A DNA stretch of 63,663 nt, the filler included, from Reclinomonas americana ATCC 50394 (taxonomy: Eukaryota): assembly GCA_048213135.1 (NCBI GenBank). It is 6 parts of 5 records of this genome, joined end to end, with 100 filler letters (N's around TTAATTAATTAA, not from the genome) between each part and the next. Parts side by side here need not be neighbours in the genome. Positions count along the whole stretch, not along the records: positions 43,264 to 55,338 come from PS015520.1; positions 55,439 to 61,039 come from PS015521.1; positions 61,140 to 63,663 come from PS015536.1; 3 more parts are not named here. One strand, written 5' to 3'. This document shows positions 55,201 through 63,663 of the stretch, piece by piece. A model generated the notes under the pieces. That model was not told the DNA's origin. It saw nothing but the letters and a program-made list of their open reading frames with translations, and did not search any database. The first letter of the stretch is position 1; each line of letters begins with the position of its first letter. Made by a program: the position numbers and the translations under genes.

Positions 55201-55229
55201 ATGGCGCAGGTGGCGCACGTGGCGATGTT
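52223..55229 (-). CDS. Divergent ammonium transporter (Amt/Mep/Rh family), 5' partial
   Basis: GFLDPSGIGTVHVYAG, VGPRYGR, GVLAG, AAVIVG, RLDDPVHVVLVH, GAWGLFAVGLFA, QLGVQ. Confidence 0.8.
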
Positions 55230-55243
55230 CTGCGAAGGGGGAG

Positions 55244-55338
55244 AAGGGGGAGACGAGTGAGGAAACGGGGAGACGAGTGAGGAAAAGGGGGAGACGAGTG
55301 AGGAAAAGGGGAGACGAGTGAGGAAACGGGGAGACGAG
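55244..55338. repeat. 20-21 nt tandem repeat (ggggagacgagtgaggaaa) in an intron
   Basis: Four to five visible copies. Confidence 0.85.
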
Positions 55339-55440
55339 NNNNNNNNNNNNNNNNNNNNNNNNNNNNNNNNNNNNNNNNNNNNTTAATTAATTAANNNNNN
55401 NNNNNNNNNNNNNNNNNNNNNNNNNNNNNNNNNNNNNNAC

Positions 55441-55502
<62 letters not shown>

Positions 55503-55557
55503 TTCTCGTTGGCGAGTGCGGAGGCAACAGAAGACAAAAGAGAGCGATGAGCGCAAC

Positions 55558-55989
55558 TTTGATGTTGTCTTGCTTGGTGAGCAGACCCGCAATCAGCAAG
55601 TGCTGCATGATAGGCTCCGGATCGGCTCCGTCTGGTGGCGCGGCATCTGCTGTGATGCAGGGTGGCGGTGGCCATGATGAGATCGAGGGAGGGAAGGGAA
55701 CGCGAGAGAGAGAGAGAGAGAGAGAGCCACACAAACCTCCATCGTGTTGTGGTGGCACTGTGGCAAACTGCGCGTAGCTCACAACCGAGGTGATGGGCGC
55801 CTCGAGTTGCGCACATCGCGGCTTCTCCAGCTGGAGGCCCTTGGCACTCCACAGCTGCGTGGCGAAAACGGTGAGCCGATGCCGATACACTGTGAGTGGT
55901 GATGTGTGTGTGGTACCTTCACGGCGCCGTCTTGTGAGGCGGTCAGCAGCAAGTCGGAGGGTAGGAGAGACATTTGACGAACGGGTGCC
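55558..55989 (-). CDS. WD40-like protein fragment (about 3 exons)
   Basis: APVRQMSLLPSDLLLTASQDGAVK|LWSAKG... and HLLIAGLLTKQDNIK|, joined by GT-AG introns. Confidence 0.5.
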
Positions 55990-56283
55990 TGGTCGGGGGT
56001 GAGCAGAGGAGAGTGAGCGACGCGAGAATGCAGGGGGAAAAAGGAGAGAATGAATGACGAACTGGAATGTACGATGTTCACGCAGAGCAGGAGGAGCAAT
56101 TGCTGACAGAAAGAATGCAGAAGAATTGAATCGCTGAGGGGAGTTCTCTCTTCCAATATCTCTCCAGCGGATCGATTTCTCCGTGAGAAGCTGCGGCTGT
56201 TCTGCCTCTCTCAACTGAGCAGGGTAAGACCATAGAGGGGGAGGCGGTGGAGAAGAAGAACCCGAAGAATGAAGTACAGGAAG

Positions 56284-56457
<174 letters not shown>

Positions 56458-57064
56458 CACACACACAACAAAAACAGACGAAGAAGCGGGAGGAGGAGGA
56501 GAAAAGAACAAGAGAAACAAGGGAAGCAGAAGGGGAAAAGTTCATGGAGTCGAGCAAGAAGAAAAAGGCCTTTCCAAGCAGCTTGGCCTAAAGACAACTG
56601 CTGTCGTCAATGCACACGGAGACAACTCCCCTGTCCCTTGCATCTCTCCTTGTCATTCTTCCTCTCCCTCTCCCTCCCTCCCTCGTCCTTCCTCTCCCCT
56701 CCCTTCTCCCTCACACCCCCCTTCCCCTCTCACANNNNNNNNNNNNNNNNNNNNNNNNNNNNNNNNNNNNNNNNNNNNNNNNNNNNNNNNNNNNNNNNNN
56801 NNNNNNNNNNNNNNNNNNNNNNNNNNNNNNNNNNNNNNNNNNNNNNNNNNNNNNNNNNNNNNNNNNNNNNNNNNNNNNNNNNNNNNNNNNNNNAAGGAAG
56901 GGTGCAGAGTGAGCACAGTGAGTGGGAAGTGGGCGTCTCTCTCTCTCTCTCTCTTCTCTCTCTCTGTGCATGTGTGAGTGTCTGGAGTGTCTGTGCGTAT
57001 CGGAAACCCAGCTGTGCAGTCTCCCTCGGCATCTCCCGCAGCACGGATCACTGCATCGGCAAGC

Positions 57065-57115
<51 letters not shown>

Positions 57116-57312
57116 CACTCATCTCTTTCTCTCCTTCTCCCTCTTTCTCTCTGTCTCCCCTCACCATTCCCGACGCTCCCACACTCGACCGCATCGCAGC
57201 CGCCGATGCAGAGGTCGCCATCTCTCTCTCACACACACTCTCTCAATCAACGGTCAGCACACTCCATCGACCGGAGCGGACGGTGAATCGCTGAAAAAAC
57301 ACACATTGCTTG

Positions 57313-58584
57313 ATGGGAGCAAGCGCGTCGGCGCGGCGTCTCAAAGCCGACCACCAGCGCCGCATGGAAGAGTACGAGCACGCACGCGCAGTGTACACTG
57401 CCGCGCGAGCAGTACCCGCTTTTGTCGCCAAGTTGGTCTTCATTGGCAATCCAGGTTCGTACTACCAATGCACTTTTTTTCTACGAGTCTAACTCTCATT
57501 CTCTGCTCGCGTAGGCGTGGGGAAGACGACGTTGCGCTTGTCCGCGGAGGCGCTGTTCCCACCGGCGACGTTGATGGTGTCGTCGTCCTCATCACCACGA
57601 GGAGAAGGTGGCGGCGGATCGTCGTTGCTGCCACATCGTGTGTCCAGTGGCAGTGTGTCGTTCATGCCCGTGGAGCCAGTGGCGTCGTCCTCCACGCAAC
57701 AGCGAAAGCAGCATGTGAGACGAAGCTCAGCGGCAACGAGTGGAGGCGACACAGAGAGCTACATGTCACTGGATCGCGTGTCGAGTCGCAGTGGACGATC
57801 GCATGCGCATGTGCAGCGAAGAAAGACAGAGGTGGTCATGGTGCGGCAACGACAGCAGTCGCCGTCGCAGTCGCGGCCGGTACTGATGCAGGTCGGCAAT
57901 GGGACGAGCAGGCATGTGGTGATCCCGCAGGCGCTGCTGCAGGCGCCTTCGTCGTCATCGTGCGGATTCGGCGACTGTCACGTGCTGGTGGGAGGTCACA
58001 CGCCCGCACAGGTGCGATTACGCATGTGGGATAATATGCCGTCGGTGCTCGATCATGCGGCCGGCGACGATGCGTATCGTATGCTGTTTCGGCACACGGC
58101 ATTGGTGGCGATTGTGTTTGATGTGTGCGATCGGGAGTCGTATGTGGCGGCGCTGGGACACTGGGCGGAGCGCGTGCGACATGGTGTGCCCGCCACTGCA
58201 CAGGTGGCGCTGGTGGCCAACAAGTGCGACTTTCTCACGGTGGCGAGCGAGTTGCCGCCGCCTCCACGGCAAGTTTCGGTGGAGGAAGCGCAGGCGGAGG
58301 CCGTTGCACGGGAGTGGGCGTACTTTGAGACGACGCGCGACGAGGTCACCGGTCTCAAGGACATGCTCGAGGCCATGGCCGGCGCCGTGGTGGACCAGGT
58401 GGTCACCAAGCAGATTGATCTGAATGAGCCCACCGGAGTTTCGTGTCCGCTCATCGGCTCTTATCTCCGCCCACTCGTCATCACTCACTTCGTGGCGCAC
58501 ATACAGTTCTCTGGAGTGCGTGTATTACCGCCGCCACCAGAACCCGTGCCACCACCACCACTAGTCACCGGTTGTTGTGGTTGA
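57313..58584 (+). CDS. Atypical Rab-like small GTPase with long Ser-rich insert; introns 57454-57514 and 58438-58506
   Basis: KLVFIGNP|GVGKTT (G1), LRMWD (G3 position), IVFDV, ANKCD (G4), YFETT (G5), C-terminal GCCG. Confidence 0.78.
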
Positions 58585-58653
58585 CGGATTTGGTAAAATG
58601 TTAGACTTGCGAAGTTCAAGATGGCCACCCTTGCAGCCACTTTCTCGTTTTCT

Positions 58654-58763
58654 GTCCGCGTGGCCGAGGCGGTCTAAGGCGTGAGACTTAAGCGCGAGCA
58701 ATTTTGTTCACTAAGATATCTCAGGCTCGTGAGAGCGCGTGGGTTCGAATCCCACCGCGGACA
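58654..58763 (+). tRNA. tRNA-Leu(UAA) with 25-nt canonical 37/38 intron (58693-58717)
   Basis: Acceptor stem GTCCGCG/CGCGGAC; anticodon stem TGAGA/TCTCA; anticodon TAA 58689-58691; long variable arm GCTC..GAGC; T-arm GTGGG-TTCGAAT-CCCAC; discriminator A. Confidence 0.93.
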
Positions 58764-58768
58764 CATTC

Positions 58769-58790
58769 TTTTTTTCTTTTTCTTTTTTTT
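58769..58790 (+). terminator. Pol III oligo-T terminator of the tRNA gene
   Basis: T runs directly 3' of the tRNA. Confidence 0.75.
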
Positions 58791-58871
58791 CACATGCATT
58801 TCATTCATTCCGATTCCTGTCTCCTCTCCCGCATTCCCCTTATATCCACAAACACGCAAGTGACCTCGTCG

Positions 58872-60893
58872 TCACTCATCGCCATCCTCGTCGGCATCGT
58901 CGCCGTCCTCGTCGTCCACGTCTTCCGCTGCAGGCGACGGGCGCTTGGAGACTTTTTTGACCTTGACGAGATCGTTGAGCTGGACGCCTTTGCGGCGCAG
59001 CTGCTTCTCGCTGTGATCGAGAGAGAGAGTGAGGCAAAGGAGAGGAGGAGTGCACCACACAGCAACAGGTGTCTCAACAGATTTCGCGCCCGATCCTTGA
59101 GATCGGTGGCGGTGCGGTGTTGCGAAAAGTCCATCACACTGCGAATCACGGTCCAGTCGCGGCCGTAGCGTGCCATGCCTTGCAGGAGCAGGTCATCCTG
59201 GCGAGGAAAATATAGTGAGCATCGGTTGTGGAAGGAGAAGAGAAACAAAGTGTTCAAAACTTCCGCCTCGGTCCACGGTATGGGCTTGCGGCGCACTTGG
59301 CTCGTTTTCGTCTTGTAAAACCCGCTGCGCGATGCCGAGGAGGAGGATCCGGAGGCAGAGGGGGCGGAGATGGACGATTTGGATGAACTGCCTGGCTTTT
59401 GCGGCTTGGCCGGCTTGAGCGGCGACAGCTCGCGCACTTGCGACACGTTGACACTCGGGAGCTCTGTGGCGGCGACAGGTGAGTGCATTGTTTGGCGAAA
59501 GTGGTGAACAATCGCTGAGCAAACACAACTCGGTCGCTCCTCCTCGTCTTCCTCGTCCACGTCGGAGAGCTCTGGCATGCGCAATTTGCGCGCGGTCTCG
59601 TTGCGCTCCAACAGCGACGACATTGCTGGATGAAGAAGTGAGCATACACACGCATGAGAGACATGGGGATTGTCGTCTCGCAACATTTTCCACTGCGGTG
59701 CAAGGGAGAGGGTGAGAAGGGATGCTGAAGCACCACAGACAACGACAGTAAAGGTGACACACATACCGATTCGACGGAACAACATTGAGGCACTCCTCCA
59801 GTGGATCCGCTCCACCCGCATTCCGGAGCTGCCGCGACGCTGCCGAGAGCTCCCGAGTGTGTTTCGACACGTCGGGCATGTCGCCGCCCTTTTCTTTCCT
59901 GTGAGAGAGGTGAGTCGGGGAGGAGAGAAGTGTAGTGTGATATGAATAGCGGAGAACGCAACATGGCGGCGGACCAGGCCGACATGTATCCACTGCGCAG
60001 ATTGGAGAACAGAGAATGTCAGAGGGGACCGTACTCGGTGTCGGTGAGCAACGAACATGTGACGCACAATCTCTCGAACGGCACCACCTGGGACGGCGCG
60101 ATCTTTGCCCGCTTCTTCTCAGGCGAGGACGATGATGCGGCTGCACTCGAACGCTGCGGCGAGAGAGGGATAGTCAGGAGAGAGTGACTGGAGAGAGAGA
60201 GAGAGAGAAGAAGAAGAAGAAGAAGGAGAAGAGAGGCGCAACTGCTGCCGCTGCTGGCGGTGCCGCCGCAGTTGCATGGCTGTCTTCCAGTGGCCTCTTC
60301 TTGGCGAGACCACTCGAGGCGGAGGCGGACTCCGTGGCTGTTGCTCGAACGGAGCTCGCCGGCGCCGGTCGTGTGGGACGCGCAACAGGGCGTACAGCTG
60401 GGGCCGGCGATGGCGGGGCAGAGCTGGGACGGGGCGCAGCAGGTTGCGGTAGCGGTGCGCGACGTGGAGGCCTGCACGTGTGTGTGTGAGTCTCACAGCA
60501 AAAGCGAAAGGAGAGGGCTGACGAGAAGAACAACGCAACGCTTGCGGAGAACGCGGCGGTGGCTGCAGCAGCACGCGTGACGGGAGGGAGCGCCCAGCAG
60601 CTCCTGGATGTGCCGAGGCGTGCAAGTGCTCTCGCAACAGCTGCGCGATGAAAATCAGCCAGCAGCATAGAACCATGAACGCATAAAAATCCATCTCCCA
60701 CCTGCAACAGCAGTGGCTCCGGCTGTGCAGCAGCCACGCTCTCGGCGAACTGCTTCAGCGTGGCTGCAAAGTCGTCGTACCCGTACAACGCCAGCATTTG
60801 GTCCATGACGCCGACGTTCTTCGGGTCCTCGTCCATGTTGATGGCCTCGTACAACAGGTAGCGGTCTTCCATGTGGCTTTGCGGGCAGCCCTC
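58872..60893 (-). CDS. Telobox Myb (TRF/TBF1-like) protein, about 11 exons including an 8-nt micro-exon; 5' end probably in gap
   Basis: RRKPIPWTEAE|DDLLLQGMARYGRDWTVI...RTATDLKDRARNL; upstream SLLERNETA and DPL motifs recall plant TRF-like proteins; acidic tail. Confidence 0.75.
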
Positions 60894-62561
60894 CTGTGGA
60901 AAGGGAGGAGGGAGAGGAGAGGGAGGAGAGGGAGAAGGGATTGGGTCAGCTGGAGGGAGAGAGAGACATGGAAAGAGAGAGAGAGAGAGAAAAGGGAGAG
61001 GAAGTGGGAGAGGAAGTGGGAAAGGAGCTGGAGAATGAGNNNNNNNNNNNNNNNNNNNNNNNNNNNNNNNNNNNNNNNNNNNNTTAATTAATTAANNNNN
61101 NNNNNNNNNNNNNNNNNNNNNNNNNNNNNNNNNNNNNNNTGCACTCATTCGCAGCATGCAGACCCTGATGATCCCATGCGGCGCAAGCTGGTGGCGCATC
61201 CCACTGAACCCGACACGTTGGTGGAGGAGACAAGGTGCGGTGATGGAGACCATGCGAGTGCTGCACACTCGCAATCACCCGTAATGTGTGCAAATGCAGG
61301 CATTTGGGCATTGTCGTGTGTCGTGGCACTGCGGTGATGCTGATTTGCCCCACGGACGGCATGGAGGAGATTGCGAATCCGTTCGCCACGGAAGAGTGAG
61401 GGGGGGAAAGCTGTCATAGAAAGAGAAGGAGAAGAGACTGCGAAAGGGTGAGGGAAATGCAATGCTCTGCTGTGCTGGGTGGTTTCTTCTTTCGGTTCCT
61501 GTTGTTGCGAGAACTGTGTTCTTTGTGAGATGGAGCTTGGTTATGTCAAGGGAGGAGATGGCTCGGGGAAAGGGGGNNNNNNNNNNNNNNNNNNNNNNNN
61601 NNNNNNNNNNNNNNNNNNNNNNNNNNNNNNNNNNNNNNNNNNNNNNNNNNNNNNNNNNNNNNNNNNNNNNNNNNNNNNNNNNNNNNNNNNNNNNNNNNNN
61701 NNNNNNNNNNNNNNNNNNNNNNNNNNNNNNNNNNNNNNNNNNNNNNNNNNNNNNNNNNNNNNNNNNNNNNNNNNNNNNNNNNNNNNNNNNNNNNNNNNNN
61801 NNNNNNNNNNNNNNNNNNNNNNNNNNNNNNNNNNNNNNNNNNNNNNNNNNNNNNNNNNNNNNNNNNNNNNNNNNNNNNNNNNNNNNNNNNNNNNNNNNNN
61901 NNNNNNNNNNNNNNNNNNNNNNNNNNNNNNNNNNNNNNNNNNNNNNNNNNNNNNNNNNNNNNNNNNNNNNNNNNNNNNNNNNNNNNNNNNNNNNNNNNNN
62001 NNNNNNNNNNNNNNNNNNNNNNNNNNNNNNNNNNNNNNNNNNNNNNNNNNNNNNNNNNNNNNNNNNNNNNNNNNNNNNNNNNNNNNNNNNNNNNNNNNNN
62101 NNNNNNNNNNNNNNNNNNNNNNNNNNNNNNNNNNNNNNNNNNNNNNNNNNNNNNNNNNNNNNNNNNNNNNNNNNNNNNNNNNNNNNNNNNNNNNNNNNNN
62201 NNNNNNNNNNNNNNNNNNNNNNNNNNNNNNNNNNNNNNNNNNNNNNNNNNNNNNNNNNNNNNNNNNNNNNNNNNNNNNNNNNNNNNNNNNNNNNNNNNNN
62301 NNNNNNNNNNNNNNNNNNNNNNNNNNNNNNNNNNNNNNNNNNNNNNNNNNNNNNNNNNNNNNNNNNNNNNNNNNNNNNNNNNNNNNNNNNNNNNNNNNNN
62401 NNNNNNNNNNNNNNNNNNNNNNNNNNNNNNNNNNNNNNNNNNNNNNNNNNNNNNNNNNNNNNNNNNNNNNNNNNNNNNNNNNNNNNNNNNNNNNNNNNNN
62501 NNNNNNNNNNNNNNNNNNNNNNNNNNNNNNNNNNNNNNNNNNNNNNNNNNNNNNNNNNNNN

Positions 62562-63151
62562 NGACCAGCCACGCTCGCCACTCCCACAGCCGTCTCCAGT
62601 CGGGGCCTGGATCACGTACCCCTCGAAACCACTCGCCGAGCGCGACACGCCAGCCGCAACCGCCGACGAAGCAGCGGTTTCACCTCGCCTCTTGGCCGTC
62701 GGTTCCGTTTCCGCAACAGCAGCAGCATCATCGTCACCATCCACAGCAGTCTGCATTCCACCACGCCACTCGGGTCGGTTCCTCAAGTACCGCACCACCA
62801 CATGCCCGGCCTCATCGCTCGAGGCCAGCCGCACATTGTCGGGATCGTCGGCGTGTTGTCGCACGCTGACACACTGCACCTCGCATCGATGGCCCACGGG
62901 TTCCAGCAGCGCCACTCGCGGAGCATCATCGCCCCACTGCATTCAAGAGTCAACACACAACACAAAGACTGCAAACAAGCTCGCCTCTCTCTCTCTCTCT
63001 CACGCTCCGCAACTGTGCACATGTGAACCGCGCAGTCGTTGGCCACATACGCCACACGCTCTGTGCCCGCCAATGCACACACGCGCTGGCCAACTGAACC
63101 TGGACCCGCTCCCGGCGACATGTCTCCCAACAGTGGCACGCTGCGCAACAT
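62562..63151 (-). CDS. Probable WD40-like protein, 5' exons (continues into gap, possibly to about 61140-61400)
   Basis: VAYVANDCAVHMCT|WGDD...GHRCEVQCVSV...LASSDEAGHVVV; intron 62937-63013. Confidence 0.5.
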
Positions 63152-63231
63152 CGAGGAAGAGAGAAGGAAGGAGGACAATGCACGCGACGCGCGGGCATGC
63201 ATGATCCCAATTGAACCTCGACCAAAGTGCG

Positions 63232-63623
63232 ATGAGTGCAGCTGCTGGAAGTGGTGGTGACCGTGGCGACCGTGGTGACCGTGGTGACCGTGGTGATCGT
63301 GGTGACCGTGGAGACCGTGGTGGAGATCGCGGTCATGGTGGGAAGCAGCGCAAGGACACTGGTATCAACTTGGAAAAGCACCTCGACAAGCCGGTGATGG
63401 TCAAGTTCACGGGTGGTCGGGAAGGTGAGAGCGTGTGTGCGATGAGGTGTTGCGTGTGTGTGTGTGACGACTCACCATGGTGGCAGTGATGGGTGTGTTG
63501 AAGGGCAGTGACAACATGTTGAATTTGGTGCGTGATGCATTCCTCGCGTGTGTGTGTGTTTGTGCATGACGATGACGATGAGTGTGCTGCAGGTGCTGGA
63601 CGACACCAAGGAGTACTTGCGAG
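63232..63623 (+). CDS. LSM7: U6 snRNA-associated Sm-like protein LSm7 (3' partial)
   Basis: INLEKHLDKPVMVKFTGGRE|VMGVLKGSDNMLNL|VLDDTKEYLR. Confidence 0.88.
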
Positions 63624-63663
63624 GTGTGTATGAGAGAGAGAGAGACAGGGAGAGAATTGTGCG

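Noticed and set aside
58689..58691. TAA in the tRNA read as a suppressor or genetic-code change
   Set aside because: Anticodon UAA reads UUA (Leu). Genes here end normally in TAA, TAG and TGA.

Overview
Draft assembly of an intron-rich, ciliated/flagellated microbial eukaryote (not a prokaryote). It has many N gaps, five of which are artificial 100-nt placeholders containing TTAATTAATTAA. Genes reconstructed by hand: ABCG half-transporter; papain-family (cathepsin L-like) proteases; four tandem intronless WD40 paralogs; a DUF3427/SRA-like domain protein; two NmrA-like proteins; two tandem ankyrin paralogs; a secreted SUEL-lectin-like protein; dynein-2 heavy chain in four pieces; a divergent ammonium transporter; an atypical Rab-like GTPase; intron-containing tRNA-Leu(UAA); a telobox-Myb protein; LSM7. 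The most striking signal is a second 5' splice-site class. When the exon ends in A/C/T, the intron almost always begins GTT (31 of 32 sites I could infer; 25 are exactly GTTGCG), which is the ordinary GTGCG/GTGAG donor shifted by one base. Also notable: the WD40 and ankyrin paralog arrays both pair variable repeat surfaces with a similar C-terminal helix-LP-helix motif (candidate cullin-ligase adaptors). Two gap-flanked contigs appear inverted. All splice sites and family calls are manual inferences without RNA data or database searches.
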